From NCBI GenBank assembly GCA_027036135.1, contig JALVSY010000007.1:900880-964879 (forward strand): 64,000 bases of DNA. Direction: 5' to 3'. Made by a program: the position numbers and the translations under genes. Under the pieces are notes generated by a model that was not told the origin of the DNA, ran no database searches, and saw only the letters and a list, made by a program, of their open reading frames with translations. Source of the DNA: Pyrodictiaceae archaeon (GTDB lineage Archaea > Thermoproteota > Thermoprotei_A > Sulfolobales > Pyrodictiaceae). Positions 1-8,528 of the stretch are shown here, piece after piece. Numbering within the stretch: the first letter of the stretch is position 1; every line of letters starts with the position of its first letter.

Positions 1-759
1 ACGGTGGGTGGCATCGTTGACTATGTTCTTGGCCCTCCTCATCCACCTAGCGTGGACACGACGAGACCACTTCATGAATCTCCAATGCCTCCCAATCCTC
101 TTCTGCAACCTCTCAGCGAGTTTGCGGAGATGCAGCGCCTTCTTAAACCCCTTAAAGACTATAACGCCTGCCGTCACGATTCTACCAGTACTAGCGTCGA
201 GAACAACGTAGCTGACGTTGTCAAGGTTGACGTCCACACCCATAACAGTTCTCGGCCTCCTCACCTCAACCTCTCTCTCAAGAGCAACATATACCTTGAA
301 GCCACCGTCACGGTAGGATACCAGTAGCTCCTTGGGCTGCCACCCCTCGGCCATGAAGCGCTGGAGCCTGTTCACACCTCTTAGCTTTACCTCTACCCAG
401 CCGCCGTTGAGCGCAGCTATCCTCAGCACCTTTTTCTCCGAGTCCAGCCTGTACTCGTAGGGATGGAGCCTGGCTGTCAGCCTCCTCAATAATGGCTTGG
501 AGCCGCCGTTCCTCCTGGCTGCTTTCACTATCTCTTTGGCCCTCTTGTATATCTCGCTCACGTGGTGTGCGCGGAAGCCCCACTCGCGTAGCTCCCTGTA
601 GAACATCTCGTGGAGCTGCCTAACAGTGGGAACCCTATCCATGCCCCATATCCTATCCACGGCGTACTGGACAGCGTCGCGGTACGCCCTGAGGAAGGCT
701 AACAGGGGCTGGGGATTAGGGGCCACCCCTCCAAGCACAACGGTGGCATGTACCCTCAT
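1..759 (-). CDS. tnpB: TnpB RNA-guided endonuclease, N-terminal part (truncated by window edge)
   Basis: Manual translation from ATG 759: MRVHATVVLGG..LLAFLRAYRDAVQYAVDRIW..RTVMGVDVNLDN (RuvC-I). Open to the window edge, so absent from the ORF track. Confidence 0.88.
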   Translation of the reverse strand, partial: MRVHATVVLGGVAPNPQPLLAFLRAYRDAVQYAVDRIWGMDRVPTVRQLHEMFYRELREWGFRAHHVSEIYKRAKEIVKAARRNGGSKPLLRRLTARLHPYEYRLDSEKKVLRIAALNGGWVEVKLRGVNRLQRFMAEGWQPKELLVSYRDGGFKVYVALEREVEVRRPRTVMGVDVNLDNVSYVVLDASTGRIVTAGVIVFKGFKKALHLRKLAERLQKRIGRHWRFMKWSRRVHARWMRRAKNIVNDATHR

Positions 760-791
760 CCCCCAGCCCCGAGCTAGAATATCGGGGAATA

Positions 792-1454
792 TCAGCCTGG
801 TTTAAACCTTTCTGGCAGGGAGACACCCGTCTCCCTTAGAAACCGCAGGTTTGCCTCCACAAGCCTCTTCGCCCTGTGGCTTCTCCTGCCGTAGATACGG
901 GCGGCAAAGCTAACGATAATCTCTACGAAGTCCTCTACCAGCTCCTCCAACGGCTCCTTCTCCGTCTTAAACGCCTCAACTATCTCCACGCCACACTGCC
1001 TGAAGAAGTACTCTAGGTACTCGAACCCGAACCTGGTGAGACGGTCACGATAGGTAACTAATACAACATCCACGCGGCGCTGGGTAACCATTCTCAAAAG
1101 CTTCCTAAGACCTCTACGGTTTGTCTTCAACCCGCTACCGATGTCTCGTATAATCTCTACGACTTGGTATCCACGCTCGGCAGCATACTTCCTCAACACC
1201 TCAACCTGCCTATCAAGGTCACCTTGCTTAGCCTGTTTATCGCTGCTAACACGGGCATAGATGACAGCACGAGGCTTCTCCACGAGCCTCATCTCTGGTG
1301 GCCTGAGCTTCTCAAACTCCTCAAGAGGGATTGCTAGACGGCCATTGGGTAGCCTCACAACCTTGAAGCGCCCCTGCTTAGCCCACTTCCACAACGTGAT
1401 ATAGGCCACTCCTAGCCGCTCAGCAGCCTCCTTAAGCAAAATGTAACGCTCCAC
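792..1454 (-). CDS. tnpA: IS607 TnpA transposase (MerR-type HTH + serine recombinase)
   Basis: N-terminal HTH (LKEAAERLGV); YARVSS catalytic motif; DIGSG and DRLTRFG motifs. Confidence 0.95.
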   Translation of the reverse strand: MERYILLKEAAERLGVAYITLWKWAKQGRFKVVRLPNGRLAIPLEEFEKLRPPEMRLVEKPRAVIYARVSSDKQAKQGDLDRQVEVLRKYAAERGYQVVEIIRDIGSGLKTNRRGLRKLLRMVTQRRVDVVLVTYRDRLTRFGFEYLEYFFRQCGVEIVEAFKTEKEPLEELVEDFVEIIVSFAARIYGRRSHRAKRLVEANLRFLRETGVSLPERFKPG

Positions 1455-1503
1455 AAAATCACCGAATATTCGAGAATAACCCAGAATATTCTAAACGTTA
1501 CGG

Positions 1504-2070
1504 CTGCTCTGCCACCCCCGCCGCAGCGTCGCCGACTGCCTACGCAGCTGCCTAGCCGCCCACGTAAAGCCAGCCCCTAAGCCGAGCCAGCTAGTTGCCG
1601 CGCTCATATTATACGGGTGGTATCGCGTAAAAGTGCTCGGAGACGATAACGGGGATACCGGGGAGCAGGAGCTACCCAGGGCTATAGACTGCACGCACCT
1701 CTCCATGAAGGAGCCTTATCCGCTCAATAAGCTAAGAGGCCTCCTCGCCGCCCATAGAGCCGCAAGAACCCTGGCATGGCTCCTCGAGAGAAGCACTACT
1801 AGCATAGACGTACTCGAGGCCCGAGGCGGCATACTCGGTACGAGGCTCCGCGTGAAGCTAAACCCCCGTATACTAGGCGTCGACGCGCCCAGGTGCATAT
1901 GTGGGGCAGAGCCAAGGGAGCTAGAACTAGCCGTAGAGCAGCCACAGTACGCGGCCCTCGAGCCCCTGGCAATATACCTCCGAGCAGCTAGGCAGAAAAC
2001 GTGTCGAAACAACCTACTACAATTCCTAGAACAATGGAGCCCGAGCCACCAGACAAACCAGCCCACATAA
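1504..2070 (+). pseudogene. 3' part of a hypothetical gene apparently interrupted by IS607
   Basis: The frame of ORF 1633-2070 stays open back to the IS boundary (LLCHPRRSVADCLRSC...) with no canonical start before 1633. Confidence 0.5.
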
Positions 2071-2173
2071 CCCATGGCTCTCTCCCGGTATCGGCCTAGC
2101 ATAGTGGAGGGTTTCTCTGGGAATATGCAAGACCATTCCCGCATATTCCCTTCATCGTTCCCCGCCCCTCGCT

Positions 2174-3961
2174 TTAGGGAGTTTCATACCTGCTCCGTGA
2201 TATGGTCTCACGCAGCACTTCGGCTATTGTCTCTCTAAACTGGCGCAGAGAACTTATCAGGCTAGACTCGGCTACAGCACGATCGCCCAGTATATCAAGG
2301 CCCCTTGGAAGCACATACGTAGTTGTAAACACCTTTAGCAAATTAGCAGCATTATCTGACGCAGGCCTAACTATAAATCCCTCTTCAAGATTGATGAGCC
2401 CTATCTCTTCTAGCCTAAAGAAATATTTTGATAGAATGCTCAGTGTACGCCTGTCGCTTGCCTCCTCAAAGAGATCTACAATACCGCTCCGTAGCAGTCT
2501 TTCAAGTATCTCTAGGAGGTCTATGCCCTCTTGCGCGAGAATAGCATCATATCTCTTTGTAATGTCGTACAAGTAGATGTATAGATCTCTATCAATGGCC
2601 TCTTCTATGAATTTCGCAGGTGCAACGCCAACCCACATGTATCGATAGCTTGAAGGTATAAGGAGACCATGATCGCTTAAAACTCGTATAATGCCTACTG
2701 CAGCCTCTTCGCTTATTTTAAGTGAACGTGCTAGATCTCCCGGTGACACACTTACATTAGTCACTATATGCTCAAGAACCGTTCTCATAGTGCGTGAGGA
2801 TCTTTCAAATAATTGGTTAATGCTCCTAATTACGTCACGTAGCTCAGTACCGCGCAGAAGGACAAGCCTATGAAAGATAGCCTTTGGGACAACGAAGTTG
2901 TCCGGACCTATAAGTTCTACTATACGGTACCGAAGTAGTCTGCGCATGAATACTCTCTCTATTACCTCTATATACGTCTTCGTACCCGCCTCTTCACGTG
3001 TACGCTCTAGTATTGGGTCACCTATGCCCTCTAGAATCTCGTCACGCGTGAGAGCTCTATTATAGGCTATACTATAGAGTGCCACGGCTATGGGCTGGTA
3101 GAAATCTGGTATTGAAGACATTACGGAATCTAGCTTCCTCGTTAACCACTTATATGCCTCAAGACCTGTTTCGTGAAGTGGATAAAGTATCTTACGGTTC
3201 TTATCGAACCTAGCAAGATATAATGCGTCTACTTGTTCAAGGTAGCGATATCTTACGCTTCTATGTCTTGCAAGGCTCTCAACAAAAGCCCATTTTCTTC
3301 CAACTTCCTCTATTAGCTTATTGATGTCCATTGGTTCGCCTAAAAGGTTAGGTGGAAGTGAGAGAGCAAATAGACGCGTTATTCTTAAAATTCCTGAGAG
3401 CTCTGCTCTTTCAGCTCTGGCCATACTGCTGTTGTCGAGCATGCCACTGGCTTTTACACGCTCATAGTCTGTAACTATGTATATGGCTCCTGAGAAACGC
3501 CGAGTTAGCGGCAGCCCTTTCCAAAGCACTTTTTGGAGGATGATCTTAGGAGACGGAGCTATATCGTCGTTGAATGCCTCGAGAGGTGAGTCACGTATTT
3601 TTGCGATACTGCGTACTTTGTAAAATACATGTTTCTTACGCACAGTTTCTATCAATGAGGAAACGTCTATATCTACTCTTTGATTAAGAATTTTCTCTAT
3701 TTTTGAGATTACTTTCCATCCAAGATCTGATAGTGACAGTCTATAGTCCTCGTTATACGTGACGAGGCCTAGTGAAACGAGCTTAGAGAGTATTTTCCAT
3801 GCGCGGTTATCGTTGACACCAAGCCATTCTATAAGGTCCTTTATTGTAGCGCTTATACCAGCCTTATTCTTTGCTGCTATAACTATTAGGGCTTCAACTG
3901 CGCGGGGGGAGCGCACGATTCGATTGAATGCCTCGTCTTCGGAGAGGGAATGGGTCTGCAA
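2174..3961 (-). CDS. Large hypothetical protein with multiple winged-helix-like segments
   Basis: 595 aa ORF; wHTH-like segments TIKDLIEWLGVNDNRAWKILSKLVSLGLV, SPGDLARSLKISEEAAVGIIRVLSDHGLL and RLEEIGLI; lower GC than its neighbours. Confidence 0.7.
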   Translation of the reverse strand: MQTHSLSEDEAFNRIVRSPRAVEALIVIAAKNKAGISATIKDLIEWLGVNDNRAWKILSKLVSLGLVTYNEDYRLSLSDLGWKVISKIEKILNQRVDIDVSSLIETVRKKHVFYKVRSIAKIRDSPLEAFNDDIAPSPKIILQKVLWKGLPLTRRFSGAIYIVTDYERVKASGMLDNSSMARAERAELSGILRITRLFALSLPPNLLGEPMDINKLIEEVGRKWAFVESLARHRSVRYRYLEQVDALYLARFDKNRKILYPLHETGLEAYKWLTRKLDSVMSSIPDFYQPIAVALYSIAYNRALTRDEILEGIGDPILERTREEAGTKTYIEVIERVFMRRLLRYRIVELIGPDNFVVPKAIFHRLVLLRGTELRDVIRSINQLFERSSRTMRTVLEHIVTNVSVSPGDLARSLKISEEAAVGIIRVLSDHGLLIPSSYRYMWVGVAPAKFIEEAIDRDLYIYLYDITKRYDAILAQEGIDLLEILERLLRSGIVDLFEEASDRRTLSILSKYFFRLEEIGLINLEEGFIVRPASDNAANLLKVFTTTYVLPRGLDILGDRAVAESSLISSLRQFRETIAEVLRETISRSRYETP

Positions 3962-3991
3962 GTACCCACCCCTGGAGGGGTGGGTACTTGC
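3958..3991. repeat. Perfect 16-bp inverted repeat covering the RBS/start of the 595 aa gene; third partial arm at 4047-4060
   Basis: GCAAGTACCCACCCCT-GG-AGGGGTGGGTACTTGC; AGGGGTGGGTACTT recurs at 4047-4060. Confidence 0.9.
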
Positions 3992-4158
3992 TTTCCTCTT
4001 TAAAGTTTTACGGAATGAATAGAATTGAATTTGGATTTTTATGGCAAGGGGTGGGTACTTACAACTCCATGTTCTTTTGGCTTGGTCTCCAGAGAAACTT
4101 GGCCTAACCTCCTCCCCGCCCCCATATATCCCGTTCTGGGGTAGTTATGTACTGTTGT

Positions 4159-4212
4159 AGGTGGTATATGGTACCGTTCTGAGTAGTAGCTGGGGAAACC
4201 TATATACCACCT
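4159..4212. promoter_or_regulatory. 11-bp inverted repeat overlapping a TATA-like box upstream of the RHH gene (candidate operator)
   Basis: AGGTGGTATAT (4159-4169) and ATATACCACCT (4202-4212). Confidence 0.5.
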
Positions 4213-4248
4213 CTGCCGGTACATGTACTGTCTTGGGTGGTACAAGGG

Positions 4249-4647
4249 ATGCCGCGGCCCGGGTACGCAAGCATAACCATAAGGGCACAGGTCAAGGAGA
4301 AGCTAGAACACTACGCAGCCCGGAAAGGCTACGCAACACTAAGCGACACAATAAACAGCCTCCTCGAAGAAGCAGAGTGCTGCCACAAGCTAGGAGAAAA
4401 ACTACAGGCAGTAGAGCAGAGACTAGGAGAACTAGAGACAACATGCAGGAAAACCTACCTAGCGCTACTCAGGCTCCTCGAGGAGCTCACAGGCAGCGAG
4501 GAAGAGGGGCCCGAAAGCCCCGCCGGGGCCGTGGAGGATGAGCATCCGGCACGAACAGAGCCCCGCCCACGCGGGGCAGTGGCGAGCACCTCCTCCACCG
4601 ACACCCAGCCCCGGCGGGGCCGGGAACCCAGAGAAAATATAGAGTAA
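4249..4647 (+). CDS. Ribbon-helix-helix (CopG-like) DNA-binding protein with coiled coil
   Basis: MPRPGYASITIRAQVKEKLEHYAARKGYATLSDTINSLLEE is a typical archaeal RHH pattern. Confidence 0.75.
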   Translation: MPRPGYASITIRAQVKEKLEHYAARKGYATLSDTINSLLEEAECCHKLGEKLQAVEQRLGELETTCRKTYLALLRLLEELTGSEEEGPESPAGAVEDEHPARTEPRPRGAVASTSSTDTQPRRGREPRENIE

Positions 4648-4684
4648 GAACCCACCCAATAAACATTATGGAGAGTGAAACAAA

Positions 4685-5410
4685 ATGATACTCAAGAGAA
4701 AGTCTCCGGAGGAGCGCTTCGCAGAGGACCTGGCGAGGGCCCTCGAGGAGGAGCACAAGCGCTGGCTCGAGAGCCTGCCGCCCGAGAAGCGCCGCCTAGT
4801 CCTCGAGCGCGAGAAACTAATGCTCAAGAACAGCCCCGCGTGGCGCGAGGCAGAGAAACGCATCGAACGCGGCGAAATCAAGCTATACTGGCGCAAGATA
4901 GACGGTGACTTACGCATCGTTGCTCGCGATACAATGAAGAACTTCCCCTTTAAGCGGCACAGGGATTACTTATTACTGCCTTCAGGCACGGAGGGATACA
5001 TGGAAGATCATCCTCCCATAAGCATTGATTGGATAACAGAAAATGCAGAAACTTGGCGGCCTCGCGCTCTGGCAACAACTAAACGCCTCGAGGAGCCCAT
5101 TGAACTTACAGGATACGATGGTTACTATGAAGTTCCTTACGTCTGTGAAATAGAGGCAAGGGATGGCCGCCGCTTCCTAGCCGCTGCCATGGAGTGCCTA
5201 CTCCTCGAGGAGATAGACGGCAGGAAGACCGCTAAAGAGGTAATAGATAACGTCTCGACACGCTACGTGGAGAAACTACTCCATAAATACAGGCAGCTAA
5301 TAAGAGAGGGGAAGCTAGCCAAAGAGGAAGCAAAAAATCTAATGGACTCAATACCTGGCGACGCCCTTGTCGGCCTCGCTATATTGAAAGATCTCGGCCT
5401 CATAGTCTGA
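4685..5410 (+). CDS. Hypothetical protein, possible C-terminal PqqD/wHTH-like segment
   Basis: 241 aa ORF; LLEEIDGRKTAKEVI ... LAILKDLGLIV. Confidence 0.65.
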   Translation: MILKRKSPEERFAEDLARALEEEHKRWLESLPPEKRRLVLEREKLMLKNSPAWREAEKRIERGEIKLYWRKIDGDLRIVARDTMKNFPFKRHRDYLLLPSGTEGYMEDHPPISIDWITENAETWRPRALATTKRLEEPIELTGYDGYYEVPYVCEIEARDGRRFLAAAMECLLLEEIDGRKTAKEVIDNVSTRYVEKLLHKYRQLIREGKLAKEEAKNLMDSIPGDALVGLAILKDLGLIV

Positions 5411-7658
5411 CTGTCTTTAGGTCATTACCGCCTATCGTCCTATTACGTCTCCAAGCTATCTCCACAGGCTTTTTGATCTTCATGTACACTGTTTGTCCTA
5501 TGATTGCTCCTGCCTCGGCGCCTGTCCTTATGCGCTGCTCGATGCGCTGCCACTCGATAGGGTGGAGTTCCTTCAGTTTTGCTGGCACCTTGATGCCTGT
5601 TTGCTTCTCAAACGTTATTGAGAACTCTCGTATGAATTGTCTTGCCCTGTTAGACATATATGCGTGTAGTCTGGCTGCTACTGCGCCGCCGAGGGCCGCG
5701 ACCTTTGCTGCTTTGCCGCCCGGGGCCTCCGCTACTGCCTCCTTGATGGCGCCTATCTCGCGCTTGGCTCTCTCTGCTACAGGCCTGACTGGGGCTTTGA
5801 GAGCCTCCTTTGTCGCTTGCCTGACGCGCTGTGTTGCTGGTGGTATCTCCTCTACTTGCGGCTTTTTCTCCAGATCAACACCCATGTTCTTAGCCATCTC
5901 CTCTGCTCGGGATGCTGCTATACTCCTGGCGGCCTCCTCTCCTCGCAGCTCATAGCCGCCCTTGACTGTCCTGGCGTCGGCGCTGGTTCCTGGCCCTGCC
6001 CATGCCTGGCCAGGGCTTGTTGCTGGCCTCATCCACTCGGTCCTGGGTGGTGCTCCTGTTGCTGGGCCCTGCCAGCCCGGCATTGGGCTGATGTGGCGCC
6101 ACTCGCCTGGGGCTACGCCCATGCCTGCCGGCGTTGGGTGTATTGGTGGTCTTAGGTACTCTGTGTGTCCTACTACCTGGCCGGGTGCGGCTAGCATCAT
6201 TGCCTGTGGCCGTGCTGCTAGGCCTAGCCTGGTTGCTGCTAGGGCTCCTAGTCTGCCGTAGATTCCTGCGAAGAGGCCTGCTCCGGGTAGTGGTGCTCCT
6301 ATTAGCCCGGCTATCATGGGTCCCGTGGCGAGCATTGCTAGGGGGAGGGCTACGCCGTAGCCTATGACTTCGAGTGGGGATGCGTTCGCGGGGTTTGCCA
6401 GCGCCCTGGCGCTGAGCCCCGCCATTGCTGCTAGGACGAGGTTCCACGCCATGAGCGCCACGATGACGTTTGTCATGCTCCTCGCTACGTGGCGGGTGCC
6501 GGGGAAGAGCCAGAGCACGGCTATGAGCGGGATTAGGAGGTAGAGGGCTTCTAGGAGAAGGTACTTGAGCAGCGCTATGAGCACGAACCCGGCGAAGCCC
6601 AGTGCCCCGGTCGCCGCCAGGCCCCCGGCCCCGCCGACGGGGAGCGCGGCCGCGAGCGCGGTGAAGCCCAGCAGCATGCTCATCCACGCCATCAGGACCC
6701 CGGGCTGCGCCATAGCTATGCTTATGCTGTTCACGAGCCTGGCAGCCCAGGTGTAGAGGGGTTGTGCGAGGCTGAGCGCCAGCAATACGTAGGCCACGTC
6801 TCTCAGAGCATCCAGCCAGGAGAGGCCTTTCTCGAACTCCCAGAACGCCTTCCAGAGCGCGAGCCCTATCACCGCGTAGCCTAGGAGGAAGACTGCGTAG
6901 CTATGGGTGTCTAGCAGCGGGGGAGCGGTCTCGGGGACGGTGACGAGCATGAGCCCTACCTTCTCGAAAACCCCGCCGGCACCCGTGTGGGCGAGGAGCC
7001 ACACAACAGCGTCGCTGAGCAGAGCAAAGGCCTTCCCCACGGCCTTGGCGGCGTACGTCATTATGCAGCCGGGCCACGAGGAGGGGCTCCAGCCGCAGCT
7101 AGCTCTCAGCTCGCTAAACGCTGCGTCGAGCTCGGAGCCCAGGCTCCTTATAGTGACCCTGCACTCCGCGGAGACCTGGCCCGTGACCCTTATTGTGTAC
7201 TCGCCGTCCTCCCCGTAGCTGTGGCTCGCCACGCAGTAGCCCTGCCCCGTACATGTAGAGGAGGTGTTATCGCCCCAGTCAATACTCGCGCTCACGCTCC
7301 TACCCGGAGCAGCGACCACAACGCTCACGGGGATGTACTTGTAGAACCCAGCCGGGGGACAGAACACCTCAGCCCCGCCACCAGCACCACCAGCCCCGGC
7401 GCCAGCGGCGTAGCCGCTAACCCACGCAACTATTACCGCAACCGTTACCGCCCACGCCCAGCTGCTTTTCGCGATATCTGAGCGGCCTAGCGCGTATGCT
7501 ATCCCGCCTATCATGGTGAGGATTACGGCGAAGGCGTAGCCTAGGCCCCTGAGACCCGTGGCGTTGCTACCGCTGGCCGCGTAGCCTATAGCTGCTAGCG
7601 ATAAGACCAGGTGTAGCTGGAGCAGCGCAGCCACTAGCCAGAGCGCTCTCCGCCTCAC
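5400..7658 (-). CDS. VirB6/CedA-like polytopic membrane protein with N-terminal pilin-like hairpin and PKD domain
   Basis: Likely GTG start at 7658 with signal peptide (ORF track extends to 7853); PKD motif SIDWGDN..SHSYGEDGEYTIRV; many TM helices; P/G/A-rich and charged C-terminal tail; co-oriented with virB4. Confidence 0.7.
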   Translation of the reverse strand: MRRRALWLVAALLQLHLVLSLAAIGYAASGSNATGLRGLGYAFAVILTMIGGIAYALGRSDIAKSSWAWAVTVAVIVAWVSGYAAGAGAGGAGGGAEVFCPPAGFYKYIPVSVVVAAPGRSVSASIDWGDNTSSTCTGQGYCVASHSYGEDGEYTIRVTGQVSAECRVTIRSLGSELDAAFSELRASCGWSPSSWPGCIMTYAAKAVGKAFALLSDAVVWLLAHTGAGGVFEKVGLMLVTVPETAPPLLDTHSYAVFLLGYAVIGLALWKAFWEFEKGLSWLDALRDVAYVLLALSLAQPLYTWAARLVNSISIAMAQPGVLMAWMSMLLGFTALAAALPVGGAGGLAATGALGFAGFVLIALLKYLLLEALYLLIPLIAVLWLFPGTRHVARSMTNVIVALMAWNLVLAAMAGLSARALANPANASPLEVIGYGVALPLAMLATGPMIAGLIGAPLPGAGLFAGIYGRLGALAATRLGLAARPQAMMLAAPGQVVGHTEYLRPPIHPTPAGMGVAPGEWRHISPMPGWQGPATGAPPRTEWMRPATSPGQAWAGPGTSADARTVKGGYELRGEEAARSIAASRAEEMAKNMGVDLEKKPQVEEIPPATQRVRQATKEALKAPVRPVAERAKREIGAIKEAVAEAPGGKAAKVAALGGAVAARLHAYMSNRARQFIREFSITFEKQTGIKVPAKLKELHPIEWQRIEQRIRTGAEAGAIIGQTVYMKIKKPVEIAWRRNRTIGGNDLKTVRL

Positions 7659-7906
7659 CCCGTTACCCCCACTACCTCTAGGCCCCTCCGGGAGAAGCCC
7701 GGAGAAGCCTGGTACGAGGCCACGACCCCGACAGCACCTCATTCCGGAGCCGATATAGACTCCATTGATAATTCCCTTATCGGGGTTATCAATGAATACT
7801 ATGTGGCCGGGTAAAACACGCATGCCTAGAAAGAGGAGAAGCACCCAATTCATGATAGTAACTATATATAGTTTGTCTCACGGTCACTAGAACAGGGAGA
7901 AGTAGC

Positions 7907-8089
7907 GTGAGCAGGGCAGAGGCAAGTGTAAGGGTTTATCGTAGCGTGGAGGAGCTCCCCGAGGTACTGGAGCCAGGCAAGTACATCATAGAGGGCGAGG
8001 AAGTAGAGGTCTACGAGCCCCTTAGCCGAGAGGCAGTTACCGAGATTATTCACTTCTTCCGGAAGCGTCGAGGCCACAGGTTTATCTAA
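7907..8089 (+). CDS. Small acidic protein, putative antitoxin
   Basis: 60 aa, acidic, with a TATA-like box upstream (7862-7870); its 3' end overlaps the RelE-like gene. Confidence 0.5.
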   Translation: MSRAEASVRVYRSVEELPEVLEPGKYIIEGEEVEVYEPLSREAVTEIIHFFRKRRGHRFI

Positions 8090-8414
8090 GGTGTCTCCAC
8101 AGCCTTCGATAGGTCTCCTCGCCTCGTCTATCCGCGGCTATGAAAACGACTTCACACCTAGAGACATCTACCGCGAAGAGGAGTCTCCACCAGACCTTGC
8201 CTAGCCACAGCCGGTAGCGCCGCACAGGGCCGCCATGCCTCGCCACGATAGGTTCTCTCAAGAGTCGCTGAATGGCCTCTGGGTCATTGTTCAACTCCTT
8301 CTTCAGTTCCTCGAGCCACTTCCTAAACGCCTCCAGAAGCCCTCTCTTCCGGAAGACCTTCTCAACAAGAGGACTAGCAACAACCCTCCACTTGCCGCGG
8401 CACTCCTCAAGCAT
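8082..8414 (-). CDS. RelE/ParE-like toxin
   Basis: Basic ~110 aa protein: WRVVASPLVEK...VRRYRLWLGKVWWRLLFAVD...VVFIAADRRGEETY. Confidence 0.6.
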   Translation of the reverse strand: MLEECRGKWRVVASPLVEKVFRKRGLLEAFRKWLEELKKELNNDPEAIQRLLREPIVARHGGPVRRYRLWLGKVWWRLLFAVDVSRCEVVFIAADRRGEETYRRLWRHLR

Positions 8415-8528
8415 TATGAGAGCCCCGAGGAAGAAATGCCATTGCCTCGTATATAAGCATTGAGGTAACACTTTTCACGTCCTCACGGGAAAAAACTGTC
8501 CAATGGATTTATAGGAATACTCGCTGCG

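Larger units (their letters stand above)
1..1503 (-). mobile_element. IS607-family insertion sequence (partial, runs off left edge)
   Basis: Co-oriented tnpA serine recombinase and tnpB; short GAATATT/GAATAA repeats at ~1464-1490 upstream of tnpA; boundary placed at the GG near 1502-1503 (approximate). Confidence 0.85.

Noticed and set aside
5473-7481. Numerous alternative-frame and antisense ORFs over the VirB6-like gene
   Set aside because: Shadow ORFs typical of GC-rich coding sequence, with no recognisable motifs.
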